Origin: an uncultured virus (IMG/VR IMGVR_UViG_3300035689_000009)
Taxonomy: Duplodnaviria > Heunggongvirae > Uroviricota > Caudoviricetes
Reading direction: 5' to 3' (one strand)
IMG/VR virus record: IMGVR_UViG_3300035689_000009
Span: 1-64,000 of that record
DNA: 64,000 nt
Every line of letters starts with the position of its first letter. Within the stretch, counting starts at the first letter, position 1. A program made the translations under genes and the position numbers. This document shows positions 45,617 through 55,327 of the stretch, piece by piece. Under the pieces are notes generated by a model that was not told the origin of the DNA, ran no database searches, and saw only the letters and a list, made by a program, of their open reading frames with translations.

Positions 45617-46390
45617 TTAAACGATTGTAGGCGGTGAATATATTCTTTCAATAAAATTCTTATAATCTTCGACTCTATCTCCAAAAGCATTTGTTGATAT
45701 TCTTAATCTCTCGTTTTGTTGAGCTTGATATCCATCTGGGTATCTAAGGTCATCACGAGCCGTATCTAATTGTACCAGAGGCTGTAGCCCTCTAGCCATA
45801 TACGTATAAGTTTGCTCAGTAATTAAGTCGTCTATTGACATAGTACCACCCTCATCCACAAGGGTAACACCAAATATTTTCATTTTTGCTGCCAAGCCGT
45901 ATTCGTTAAAGAAGGTAAATACAATATCAAATGGTGGCAACATGTCTGCCAATGGGGCAAAGTAGCCCTTGCTGTCAGAAAGAATTTTTCTATAACTTTC
46001 TATTCTATAAAATGCATACTCGTTAAACTGAGTAAATATCATGCTTCCAGCTATGGTTCTGGCACCTTTGACAAACCCTCTTGGGTTGACATGACCAAGC
46101 GTTCTTACCGGAGAGTTTTCTCTGTGCATTGAATATGATATTGTTTGAAGCTCTGCCATTTCTAGCACATCGCCTTCATTGGAAATGAATCCATTTTCTC
46201 CAATTTTAGGAATAATGATTGTAGCTGTTATGTCTGCACCCGAAAATGACATATCAGAAAATGGATCTGGAAGATTATTATTTTTCCTAAATTCTTTTAC
46301 ACCCTCTTCATAGGTAGAGAGTCTATTTTTTCTTGATGATATAGTTGTGAGATTTGCTATATCTGATACATTTTCTTTGTTAAATGCCAT
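45617..46390 (-). CDS. Tail tube-like protein, paralogue 2
   Basis: SFSGADITA, RTIAGSMIF, ADMLPPFDI, NEYG and TYMAR closely match 46478-47167. Confidence 0.7.
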   Translation of the reverse strand: MAFNKENVSDIANLTTISSRKNRLSTYEEGVKEFRKNNNLPDPFSDMSFSGADITATIIIPKIGENGFISNEGDVLEMAELQTISYSMHRENSPVRTLGHVNPRGFVKGARTIAGSMIFTQFNEYAFYRIESYRKILSDSKGYFAPLADMLPPFDIVFTFFNEYGLAAKMKIFGVTLVDEGGTMSIDDLITEQTYTYMARGLQPLVQLDTARDDLRYPDGYQAQQNERLRISTNAFGDRVEDYKNFIERIYSPPTIV

Positions 46391-46400
46391 GTTGTTCCTT

Positions 46401-46449
46401 AAAAATAAAATAGTGGAGGATTGGTCCTACACCAAGTCCTCCACTATTT
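46401..46449 (-). terminator. Intrinsic terminator after the major tube gene
   Basis: AAATAGTGGAGGA-CTTGGT-GTAGG-ACCAA-TCCTCCACTATTT hairpin followed by TATTTTT on the minus strand. Confidence 0.75.
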
Positions 46450-46477
46450 AATTACTACTATACTTATTTGATTATAA

Positions 46478-47167
46478 TTATGGTCTAATTATCTCGCTGT
46501 TTAATCCGCTAGATGATACTGCATCTTTGCTGATTAATGAACCTAGGTCATCTGAGTTGAATCTGTTAAGATTATCCGTTGTAATCTTATACATTGGACC
46601 AATTTCACGAGCAACGTATGTCATTGTCTCTTCGATAACAATGTCATCCATCGAAGCTCCTGAACCTTCATTTAACAGTTCAACACCATAGATTGATCTA
46701 ACAGCAGCTTGGCCATATTCGTTAACAAATGTGATTGTAATATCGAATGGTGGGATTTGGTCTGCATAGTATGGTGTCTTGCTAACTACGTCTCTTGTTT
46801 GATTTGTTACTTCAGCAATACCTCTCTTGTGGCTTGGATCGCCAGGAAGTGTATTATGAGCTCTTGTGAAAAACTTCATTTCCGAAGAAGAGTTATGATG
46901 TGTCTCAAGCATCTGGTACAGAGCTGGGCGGTCAAATACTGTGAATATTAACGAACCAGCAATACCTCTTTTACCTCTTGAAAATGAACGTGGGTTTGGT
47001 GAACCCATTGTATAAATTGGCGCCTTTTCTCTTGTCACCGAAAAAGTGATTCCCGAAAGAGCTCCGATTTCAACGCCACCAAAAGTGGCAACAATATCAG
47101 CACCAGAAAATGTTGTATAAGTATTGAGATACTTGTTTACTGGACTGTCGTAGTATTCGCCTGCCAT
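46478..47167 (-). CDS. Major tail tube protein
   Basis: Immediately follows the sheath gene; strong AGGAGG RBS; TFSGADIVATF, RGIAGSLIF and YADQIPPFDI motifs. Confidence 0.75.
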   Translation of the reverse strand: MAGEYYDSPVNKYLNTYTTFSGADIVATFGGVEIGALSGITFSVTREKAPIYTMGSPNPRSFSRGKRGIAGSLIFTVFDRPALYQMLETHHNSSSEMKFFTRAHNTLPGDPSHKRGIAEVTNQTRDVVSKTPYYADQIPPFDITITFVNEYGQAAVRSIYGVELLNEGSGASMDDIVIEETMTYVAREIGPMYKITTDNLNRFNSDDLGSLISKDAVSSSGLNSEIIRP

Positions 47168-47214
47168 ATTACCCTCCTAATCGGTATATAAATTTGCAGT
47201 GTTTTTATATGATA

Positions 47215-48480
47215 TTAACCAAGTTCAACTGACATTTGGACTTCGATGTTTCTAAGTTCAAATGCAGGTGTTATAACTAGGTCAATAAGTGCTTTGTTTT
47301 CTTCAGCGATGTATCTAATGTTGAAATCGCTATCTAAGATGGCACCCAACTGCTGCATTCCTCTAAGGGATGAAGTAATCGAGGTTTCCATTGAGTTTCT
47401 AACTTGAATAGTTGAAGGTTGACCAATGAACTTCTGACAGCTCTGACGGACAACTAACATTGCTTCGTTAACAATTCTCAGTGTTGTCAGTCTTGTGTAG
47501 TCTGAACTAGAACCAGCAAATGTTACACCATCTGTGAAGATTGGAGCTCTATTGAAGTTTAACATGATTGAGTTTACACCCTTATTGGTCATTGCCAACA
47601 AGGTTGTTTTGCTAGGATTGTATCTTAGCGCTGCAACGTTGTAAACTGTCTTGTTTATAGTTGAAGTGTATGAAGCCATTCTGCTAACTGCAGCAGTTAA
47701 CACTGATGCACCATTTGAATAACCCCATTCCGCTGGATAACCTGCAGGCTTTAACTCTGCACCAATTACTGCAACGTGTCTTCCAAGTTCCTTAGCAGCA
47801 ACTCCGTTATATGTTGTTGCTGAATCTCTGTCTGAAAGAGTTGTTAAGCCGAGGTGTGTTGCTACTTGTCCAGGAGTCATTACGTCGTTAGCGCCGACAT
47901 ATGGCTTTGTTCCCATAACAGCGAAACATGGATGACTGTTCTCATTGATTGCTTTAACTTTATCAGCAATTTTTACTGCCCAGTTATTTCCAATTGTTAC
48001 TGAGTTGTCTGCATGAAATCCGTAAATTGTATCGGCAGATGCGGAAAAAGCTTCAGAAGGAGTTGCGGACCAGAGTCCTGCTCTTGCACCACTTCCCCAA
48101 GGAAGTATGATGTCTGGCTGAGCAGCTTCTGCTGCAATGAACATTGCATCGAGAATGCTACCACCAAAATTACTACTTGTTACCGCAGCTGTACTGTGGT
48201 TCCATGTAGTATCACTTGGCAGTGGGACCATATAGATTCTTTCTGCGCCTGCAGAAACAAGCTCAAAAAAAGCTCTGTGACAAGCTGAATCAACGCCAAA
48301 AGCAGTTATGACATCTTGTTCATTTGTGCACTGAACTACGTCAAGGTCTGCGACGTTGCCTGTTCCATCTGCTGTTGATCTTTTTGCTAATACCACAACT
48401 CTAGGTCCGACTGGACTATCTTGACGGGAGATGCTGTAGAAGCGGTCTTTAATTATTGTTTTTACACCTGGTAGAGCCAT
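47215..48480 (-). CDS. Tail sheath protein
   Basis: N-terminal LPGV; C-terminal YTRLTTLRIV...FIGQP...IDLVITPAFELRNI sheath signature; GGAGG RBS. Confidence 0.85.
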   Translation of the reverse strand: MALPGVKTIIKDRFYSISRQDSPVGPRVVVLAKRSTADGTGNVADLDVVQCTNEQDVITAFGVDSACHRAFFELVSAGAERIYMVPLPSDTTWNHSTAAVTSSNFGGSILDAMFIAAEAAQPDIILPWGSGARAGLWSATPSEAFSASADTIYGFHADNSVTIGNNWAVKIADKVKAINENSHPCFAVMGTKPYVGANDVMTPGQVATHLGLTTLSDRDSATTYNGVAAKELGRHVAVIGAELKPAGYPAEWGYSNGASVLTAAVSRMASYTSTINKTVYNVAALRYNPSKTTLLAMTNKGVNSIMLNFNRAPIFTDGVTFAGSSSDYTRLTTLRIVNEAMLVVRQSCQKFIGQPSTIQVRNSMETSITSSLRGMQQLGAILDSDFNIRYIAEENKALIDLVITPAFELRNIEVQMSVELG

Positions 48481-48527
48481 GTTATTATTAACCTCCGAGT
48501 CAGCGATTTATTGGATTAACTCGAAAG

Positions 48528-48537
48528 ATATAGTAAT
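48528..48537 (-). promoter_or_regulatory. Candidate late-promoter motif ATTACTATAT
   Basis: Same motif recurs in intergenic gaps at 53187-53196 and 60672-60681, with variants at 52755-52764 and 53897-53906, all on the minus strand. Confidence 0.55.
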
Positions 48538-48582
48538 GGGGTACCTGTAAAAACTAACTAGATTTACGTATCCTACTAAATA

Positions 48583-49395
48583 TTATGAGTTCGGGGTAGC
48601 ACTTTGGAATAAGTCTACAATACCTAGGTTCATATCTGGATTGTAATATGAAGAAGGAGTCGCAGCTGCTTGATCAACTAGCTGCTTTTCATAGGAAACC
48701 CATTGGCGTATATCGGCCACAATTGACTCAATCTTATCAACTGCTGATACATGTATCTTTTCAGTTGTTAACAAATATGTAACCGTTCTTTTAACTACAT
48801 CAGTTTGGTCCATGTTTGTTTCGGTATCCGAAACCCTTCTAGCATATACGAATTCTGATGCGCCCAGTCTCTTAAAGACTGGAGTATATTCCAACATAAA
48901 ATCTTCAAATATTTCCATAATTCTATCGGCTACTTCTGCGCCAGCATATCGTTGTTCGTCGCCTGACAACTGACCAGCATTGGCTTCAACCATAACAGTA
49001 AAGGAAACAACGTTCTGAAAACGCTGACCTTCTATAATGTAATATTTACCATCTTCACCTAAAGCCTTATCCCTGTATCGCATTTTGGGTTCTTGATTAT
49101 GAGCTCTCTTTAATTCAAGGCCATAGGCTACACAAGGGTAAGATGCAAACTTGCCTCCAAATGTTGCCACAATTGGTATGTCTGGATACGAGTTTTCCCA
49201 AAGCATTTTGACAACTTCGATAAATCCAAGATAGGTTAAATTTCCTTCGGCTTTTAATCTCCTTGAATCAGTATCATTATAATACTTAGGATCTTGCTCT
49301 CGAAGCCTATCTCTACTTTCCGTATATTGCTCCCACTTATTGCCTGGTGCTTGGTCAGCATTAAAGCTACCTGGGAATGGGAATGAAGACTGCAT
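48583..49395 (-). CDS. Putative tail terminator/neck protein
   Basis: Position between neck genes and sheath; alpha/beta pattern (YPCVAY...VVSFTVM...ADRIMEIFEDFM...RTVTY). Function inferred. Confidence 0.5.
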   Translation of the reverse strand: MQSSFPFPGSFNADQAPGNKWEQYTESRDRLREQDPKYYNDTDSRRLKAEGNLTYLGFIEVVKMLWENSYPDIPIVATFGGKFASYPCVAYGLELKRAHNQEPKMRYRDKALGEDGKYYIIEGQRFQNVVSFTVMVEANAGQLSGDEQRYAGAEVADRIMEIFEDFMLEYTPVFKRLGASEFVYARRVSDTETNMDQTDVVKRTVTYLLTTEKIHVSAVDKIESIVADIRQWVSYEKQLVDQAAATPSSYYNPDMNLGIVDLFQSATPNS

Positions 49396-49396
49396 A

Positions 49397-51472
49397 CTAC
49401 GCTCCTGGTCCTGTAATTATGGAAAAATTAATACTTTTTAAACCAAGAGAAGAAACTAAATTTATTTCAAAAATTAAAGTTCCTCTTTCTGTTTTAGATC
49501 CATATGATTGAAGTTTATAATCCTTAATAGTTCTAGTAGATACTAGCATGTCTAGCATTGCTTTAACTTGTGAAATTACTTTATCTTCTGCGTTCTTTCC
49601 TATGCCATCATTTGCTATAGCTTTTATTTCAGTTATAACCATAGCTACTAATCTCATTTGCGGAGCTTTTGTAAAAGAGCTATTTTTATTAGCTAATGTA
49701 TAATCATTAGATATGTTTACTTCATACGGGTTACCCCTTAGTGCTTTGCGCGTTCTGTACACAACATTGACACCGAGGTTATCTAACCTAGCTAATGAAT
49801 CTCCAGATAAATTAGAACCATAAACAGAATATGCTCCTGGTATTCTTTTTCTAATTATCCCATTATAGACTGGAGTTGACGACATCATTCCAGCAAATGC
49901 TGCTGCAGCTGAACTCGTATATGATCTTCCAAAACCTATATGATTGAAAGTTAATTCTCCGTATACGGGAATAATATATCTACCTATATCACTTTCTATT
50001 TCTCCACTTATTGAGTAAGTGGTAAATTTATTTACAAGTCTAGTATTTTGTTCTAGAAGTTGAACATCACTGTCTTTTGTTCCATTATTTTTAGAACCAA
50101 TGATTCCCATTTGCACATATCCAGTAGCATTATTGAAAGAATAACAATGAACAGCTAGTTGAGCTATAAAGTCAACAGACCCAGTATTTATCATCGAAGT
50201 TTCGAGTGGCACTATTATGTCAATGAAGTCAAGCCCTTTTGCTATATCGTAACTTACTGCTAGTCTTTCATAATATTTTTCATAAAAGTTTACATTAGAA
50301 TTTGTTTCCGCTGAAAAAAGTATTGGCATGTCGATAAGTCTTTGAGAAATATCATCAATATATTCTGACATTGGCGCAGAAGCCATCATGAATATAGACT
50401 TTGCTCCGCAACTAAACGCATCGTGAATTCCTCTTAGAAGGGGAGAAGAAGTATTTGCACCCAATAGGTTAGTAGCTTCTTGAATTGAATTAATTTTTAT
50501 AATTTGATTTAGTTCGATTCCATCGCTATGACCTATAAATAATATTGAATTGGTATTATAATATTCTTCTAGTGAATCAAAAATTGGTCTCTTCGAAATA
50601 CTTGCACCAGTTGTTGGTCCTGTTAAATCTTTAGATACTCCAGTTGTATTGATGACAGAATATTTTCCTGTTGTAAGTTGTTCTCCATTAGATAATGGAA
50701 TATTTGTTTTAATAGAAAATTTATTATTCGCTGGGACTGAGGAGATAAAATGATTTCCGTTAAAGGCTGCACTTATTTCTGATATTGAAATTTGATCACC
50801 AGATGATAAGTTGTGATCAATATCAGTTGATAAAGTTATCACTCCATTTTCTATTTTTTTATATACTATATTTCCGACTCTACCAATTTGACTTCTAGAT
50901 ACTTCAAAGTGATGTTCAATTACCTGAGTTCTATCGTTGTATGCACATTGAATGGAGACGGTATAAGTCCCGCCAAAAAGCGTATCTGGAATTTTATAAT
51001 AAAAGCCGTACTCAGAGCCTGATGGTCTATCATAGTAAGAATTTGTTTTGAGAGCTGCTCTTGCATACACTTTTGCGGAGTCATAACTCGATAAGCTTGG
51101 TAAAGTAGTAGCAGCTGTCCTTGCTATTACTGATTTTGTAGTTGGTGCAGATGTGATTGTGTACTCTGCGTTATATCCACCGCCAACACCATAGATGATT
51201 ACGGTATCTCCAGCGGCTAACTTATGATCTACATCAAATGTAAATGTTGCTGAAATGTGACCACTCACTATTGAACTTGGTGGTGTTATCGATATGATTC
51301 GATAACTTGTATTAATCAATGAAGTAGAAGAATGAATTATATTGCCATCACCTCTTGAAACTGTTGCATATATATCTACAGGAGTAGCTTGATCTAAAGG
51401 GTCGTAGAACTCACCGTTTACCAAAAAGGCAAATCTAAACTTTACCAACTGACCATTGTGTACTCTTAACAT
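49397..51472 (-). CDS. Second sheath-like protein with N-terminal beta-rich accessory domains
   Basis: C-terminal half parallels the sheath (IQEATNLLG...AFSCGAKSI; LDNLGVNV; FTKAPQMRLV; FEINLVSSLGLKSI). N-terminus has two HxLxxGDxV/I repeats. Confidence 0.6.
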   Translation of the reverse strand: MLRVHNGQLVKFRFAFLVNGEFYDPLDQATPVDIYATVSRGDGNIIHSSTSLINTSYRIISITPPSSIVSGHISATFTFDVDHKLAAGDTVIIYGVGGGYNAEYTITSAPTTKSVIARTAATTLPSLSSYDSAKVYARAALKTNSYYDRPSGSEYGFYYKIPDTLFGGTYTVSIQCAYNDRTQVIEHHFEVSRSQIGRVGNIVYKKIENGVITLSTDIDHNLSSGDQISISEISAAFNGNHFISSVPANNKFSIKTNIPLSNGEQLTTGKYSVINTTGVSKDLTGPTTGASISKRPIFDSLEEYYNTNSILFIGHSDGIELNQIIKINSIQEATNLLGANTSSPLLRGIHDAFSCGAKSIFMMASAPMSEYIDDISQRLIDMPILFSAETNSNVNFYEKYYERLAVSYDIAKGLDFIDIIVPLETSMINTGSVDFIAQLAVHCYSFNNATGYVQMGIIGSKNNGTKDSDVQLLEQNTRLVNKFTTYSISGEIESDIGRYIIPVYGELTFNHIGFGRSYTSSAAAAFAGMMSSTPVYNGIIRKRIPGAYSVYGSNLSGDSLARLDNLGVNVVYRTRKALRGNPYEVNISNDYTLANKNSSFTKAPQMRLVAMVITEIKAIANDGIGKNAEDKVISQVKAMLDMLVSTRTIKDYKLQSYGSKTERGTLIFEINLVSSLGLKSINFSIITGPGA

Positions 51473-51845
51473 TTAATTTTTACTTTCTCTAGTCGCACCT
51501 GCAACCCAGTAAACTACTTTTCCACCTCTACCTCTTACCGGAGCAGAAAAGTCTACTAAAAAAATTTGCTGACCACTTGAATAGTCTTCGTATATTCTAT
51601 CACCAGATTTAATATTTGCCGTATCTTGAAAATAGTATATTACCTCAGAACTAACGGTTAAGCCTTGTATGTTTTCTTCTAATATATTAGCAAATCCGTT
51701 GAGCCCCCGGATACACAGCTCTTACGGTGTATCTTTGCATCTTTTTGCTATAGGTCATAGTTTTCTGATCTAATACTTTTTGAACTAATACATTGTGACC
51801 CCAACTACGCAGTATATTGCTTAATGTGCGTTTTGGATCAATCAT
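51473..51845 (-). CDS. Head-closure/stopper-like neck protein, ~123 aa, requires +1 shift at 51698
   Basis: ATG at 51845 overlaps the end of the upstream gene. MIDPKRTLSNILRSWGHNVLVQ...YPGAQ-GFANI...IKSGDRIYE...PVRGRGGKVVYW; the stop abuts the next start. Not in the ORF track. Confidence 0.7.
51695..51698 (-). other. +1 recoding site 8 (CAA CGG A -> CAA GGA), codon 50
   Basis: In-frame CGG; zero frame ends RIC*; the fused ORF fills the 51473-51845 gap exactly. Confidence 0.8.
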
Positions 51846-52728
51846 ACTTCCTTATTCCTCTTTCTGGAATTGGATTCTGGTCTGGCGACTGGATATGAGT
51901 TGGTCCATATAGGTCTCTTGGAGTGTAGTAAACTGACAATCCAGTATATGGATCCATAGTTCTTCCGGCTCCAATTGTTGGAAGACTTGGTAAACCTTTT
52001 GGTTGAACTGCTTTCATTCCAACTTTTGATGTTAACATTTCTTTTCTAAGCATTGCTGCAATTTGACACCAAGTGGTAGCGTTAGCTCTACTTAAAGTGT
52101 TTCTAGGTAAATTTTTGTTAGTTATCGAAAGATCGCCAAGCCTTACCGAAAGCTCATCATCTCCGCCATTTCCATAAACTCTTGTCAGCTCACAACAGGT
52201 GGCTGCTCTTACATATTCAAATGCTGTAAATGGAATATTTGTTCCATCTTCAGTTTCTAATAATTTAAATATATTCTTTATTTCTATAGAATAGTTATGT
52301 ACAAATTCACCTATTTCCAAAAGGGAAGCGTCAGGGAAATACGGGAGAAGTTGCTCCGGATCAAGATACAATGGCTCTATATCCGCTGCAAAAGCTATTA
52401 TTTCATCCTCTCTCAAGAAGACTGTTGGCCTATAGTCCTCTGTTGGAGTACTTACGTATATCTGTTGATTAACGCTAATCGTAGTATTGTTTGCTAGAAT
52501 TCCATTAAAGGAAACCTTATATGTACCAGCTGTTAATGGAGTGTAGTCGTAGTAGAATTCAGAACCACTAAGCGACGTAGGGGTAACTGATATTATTAAC
52601 ACATTACTTGAATTTGTTATACCCATAGAAACTGATACGGGAGAAACCTCTACTTGATTACCATTAGCATCTACGTCAATAAACTTAACCTTTAGACGCA
52701 CAGTATCATTGACTAGTATATTTGCCAT
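51838..52728 (-). CDS. Putative head-tail adaptor/neck protein with N-terminal Ig-like domain
   Basis: N-terminal DTVRLKVKF...YYDYTPLTAGTYKVSF beta sandwich; helical C-domain with SVRLGDLSI motif common in adaptor proteins. Confidence 0.55.
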   Translation of the reverse strand: MANILVNDTVRLKVKFIDVDANGNQVEVSPVSVSMGITNSSNVLIISVTPTSLSGSEFYYDYTPLTAGTYKVSFNGILANNTTISVNQQIYVSTPTEDYRPTVFLREDEIIAFAADIEPLYLDPEQLLPYFPDASLLEIGEFVHNYSIEIKNIFKLLETEDGTNIPFTAFEYVRAATCCELTRVYGNGGDDELSVRLGDLSITNKNLPRNTLSRANATTWCQIAAMLRKEMLTSKVGMKAVQPKGLPSLPTIGAGRTMDPYTGLSVYYTPRDLYGPTHIQSPDQNPIPERGIRKYD

Positions 52729-52786
52729 TTTCCCTCTTTAAAAAGTAGATATTTATATAGTAGTACTTTAAATTGTGTTGGTGAGG

Positions 52787-53161
52787 TTATTCACTCTGAT
52801 TCTGAACACTAACAAGTGTGCCAGAGTTTATATTTGTTTCACTTGCCTGGATAATCCCAGCGCCTTCTTTTTCGGCAATTTCTATTGTAATAAGAGAGCC
52901 AGAATGTATAGTTATTTCGCTAGCTTGAATAAGCGCAGCGCCTTCTTTCTGGAGGGCCTGTATCGTGATTATACCGTTTGGAGCTAGATCTATACTTACA
53001 ACGCCTATTGCGGTAGCTACCGAATAGTCTTCTTTTCCACCAAAGTTAACTTTTATATCATTTAAAATGACAGGATTTGATATTCCCTCTATTATTAATA
53101 CAACGGTTCCATTATATTGAATACCAGATTGGTTATAGTCAATAATGTCATTATATAACAT
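52787..53161 (-). CDS. Hypothetical protein (Ile-rich, internal repeat EGAxxIQASE)
   Basis: 124 aa ORF with AAAGGA RBS. Confidence 0.55.
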   Translation of the reverse strand: MLYNDIIDYNQSGIQYNGTVVLIIEGISNPVILNDIKVNFGGKEDYSVATAIGVVSIDLAPNGIITIQALQKEGAALIQASEITIHSGSLITIEIAEKEGAGIIQASETNINSGTLVSVQNQSE

Positions 53162-53213
53162 AAATGTCCTTTAAAAAGTATTAACTATATAGTAATGATA
53201 TAAAGTTAAATTA

Positions 53214-53891
53214 TTATTCGTAATAAAACTTGTTAGCCTTTAAGGCTATTGGGGGACTATCCCTGTGCCAAACGTTGATAACCACAACCCTTCTCACCCC
53301 GGAAATTGGCGGGGTTGTATTGTGTATAACGTGACCAGCATCGAAAATAATTAACCTATTTGGCAGACAGGCTATTCTTTCTCTGAGTTCAATTGGAACA
53401 ACTAGTGTATCCATATTTTCTCTCTCAAGGGCGTTTGGAGTGTCTTCTGATACAGCTTTAGGGTGAAGCTCTAAGAAGCCACCAACAACATCATTTGTTT
53501 CCGGATAGTACACACATCCAATTTTTGGCCCTCTGAAGATTTTGGTATCTGCGTATAGAAAAGTATCCTCATCTACGTGAACATCTAAGAATTGTCCTGG
53601 CTTGAAAGTCCTAGTCCAATATTCAAATCCGCACAATTCCTCAATTGGAAAAGGAAGATTATTTTCCCAGATTGCTTTAATTAATCTTTTCCTTGGTGTA
53701 TTTGCCTCAGACTTATGCCACCCATCCCAGAACATATAAGGGGCAAAACAATCGGATAACTCATCATGATATCCATTTAAAACAATTGCAATACGATCTT
53801 CATCACCCATTGACTCCGGGAAAAAGTCTTTGGTATATTTAATTTCATCTAATAGAATCTGATCTTTTATGTATTTGTCTATAATAATCAT
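53214..53891 (-). CDS. 2OG-Fe(II) oxygenase
   Basis: HVD...GG...NRLIIFD...H...R jelly-roll motif. Confidence 0.8.
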   Translation of the reverse strand: MIIIDKYIKDQILLDEIKYTKDFFPESMGDEDRIAIVLNGYHDELSDCFAPYMFWDGWHKSEANTPRKRLIKAIWENNLPFPIEELCGFEYWTRTFKPGQFLDVHVDEDTFLYADTKIFRGPKIGCVYYPETNDVVGGFLELHPKAVSEDTPNALERENMDTLVVPIELRERIACLPNRLIIFDAGHVIHNTTPPISGVRRVVVINVWHRDSPPIALKANKFYYE

Positions 53892-53904
53892 AATATATAT
53901 AGTA

Positions 53905-54609
53905 CTACAGTTTTACTGCATATGTAACAGCGGCCCCGGTTGGATTATGGTAAACGCAGGAATTCTCTATATTTTTAAGATACTCGTGAACTTCGTAAAA
54001 ATCTGTAAAAACAGACTCATCTTTATATAGAGAATCAGTTCCAGTATAAAGCATCATTATGGTCCCATTTTTGTTTAGCATATTGTAAAATTTAACTACT
54101 AATTCAGGATCATGTAAAACGTCATGTATGCTCATGCAGATAAAATCATAGGTCCCGGCATTACTTGACTCTATATCTTGCATTGAAATGGTATTATAAT
54201 CCCAATCTTCATTATCTTTTTTTATTATTCTTTCAAATAGATTTAATTGATAATTATTAAGGAGTGTTAGCTTTGATCTTTTTTGCATTAATCTAACTAG
54301 TCCTGTATTAAATGCTGGGAGGGTCATTAAAGATGTTTTAGGATTAGCAGTTAGGAACCCAAACTCATGAGTGTTAGCCGCATAGTAGTATGCTTGATTG
54401 GTGTTCCAGAAATGAGTTTCTTGACTAAATACATCAAAATACCAAATTAAGAAATCCATCCCTGCAGCTATTTTTCTTTTATCTAAAGATAAAGTATCTA
54501 AATAGTTTTTAACATTTTTACTTTTTTTTATTGATTCATCAATAGATTCCACATCTACATACTTAATTAAGTTAACTAAATTATCGAAATAATCTTTTTC
54601 ATACATCAT
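53905..54609 (-). CDS. Class I SAM methyltransferase-like protein (divergent)
   Basis: C-terminal GTYDFICMS...KFYNMLNKNGTIMM pattern; glycine-rich motif I not obvious. Confidence 0.45.
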   Translation of the reverse strand: MMYEKDYFDNLVNLIKYVDVESIDESIKKSKNVKNYLDTLSLDKRKIAAGMDFLIWYFDVFSQETHFWNTNQAYYYAANTHEFGFLTANPKTSLMTLPAFNTGLVRLMQKRSKLTLLNNYQLNLFERIIKKDNEDWDYNTISMQDIESSNAGTYDFICMSIHDVLHDPELVVKFYNMLNKNGTIMMLYTGTDSLYKDESVFTDFYEVHEYLKNIENSCVYHNPTGAAVTYAVKL

Positions 54610-54895
54610 ATTTGATTGCCCCCATTGCTATCTGACGCATGTGCCATAATCTTCTTATGTTTCCTATTAATGAGATTCTTTGATTTTTTAAATATAAATA
54701 AGAAAGATCTTGACCTAAATTTAATTTACCAGATTCAACATCATCTATTGGAGCCAAGGTTATAGATCTAGTAGCAGCTATGATTTCATCTATATTATAA
54801 GAATCTATTTTAGCGCCGTCAAAACCAATGCAGTAGAGATAAAAGATAATCTGCCTATCTATATATGCTAGATCATCAATTGCGTTATAGGTCAT
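54599..54895 (-). CDS. Hypothetical protein
   Basis: 98 aa, overlaps both neighbours. Confidence 0.6.
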   Translation of the reverse strand: MTYNAIDDLAYIDRQIIFYLYCIGFDGAKIDSYNIDEIIAATRSITLAPIDDVESGKLNLGQDLSYLYLKNQRISLIGNIRRLWHMRQIAMGAIKYDV

Positions 54896-55098
54896 ATTAG
54901 ATCTTCTATACCTGGAGACAAAGGAAGTATTATATATCTATTCATTTCAGCAAAGTCGTTTGTTAAAACATATTCTCTAGTTGTGCCACCGTTTTCCATT
55001 ACAATGTTTTCATCTTCTTCAGAATATGAAGGCACTACATCATCCATTTTTTCTGTAAACTCATGAATGAGTTCTTCGCTAATTTCTTTTGGTTTCAT
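54892..55098 (-). CDS. Hypothetical acidic protein
   Basis: 68 aa, translationally coupled to neighbours. Confidence 0.55.
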   Translation of the reverse strand: MKPKEISEELIHEFTEKMDDVVPSYSEEDENIVMENGGTTREYVLTNDFAEMNRYIILPLSPGIEDLI

Positions 55099-55099
55099 A

Positions 55100-55327
55100 T
55101 TAATTAAGTTTTTTTAATGCAGTTACCTGGTTATATAGTGAGGTAATTGCATCTATTTGCATTCTAGATACATCTTCTGTATCTAAGAGATCGTTTAATG
55201 ATTCTGATGTCATTGCTTTTTCTGGATCTTTACCAAGCAAAAAACATAATTTGTGAATAGATTTTGTTAAATATACACAAGTTTTTTCCTTGATTAAATC
55301 AAGTTCTTCTTTTGAAATATTAGACAT
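55100..55327 (-). CDS. Hypothetical protein
   Basis: 75 aa, TAATG overlap with the upstream gene. Confidence 0.55.
   Translation of the reverse strand: MSNISKEELDLIKEKTCVYLTKSIHKLCFLLGKDPEKAMTSESLNDLLDTEDVSRMQIDAITSLYNQVTALKKLN

Noticed and set aside
46391..46477. tRNA or structured ncRNA in the intergenic gap
   Set aside because: Only a single hairpin with a U-tract; no cloverleaf or T-loop GTTC motif. Best explained as a terminator.
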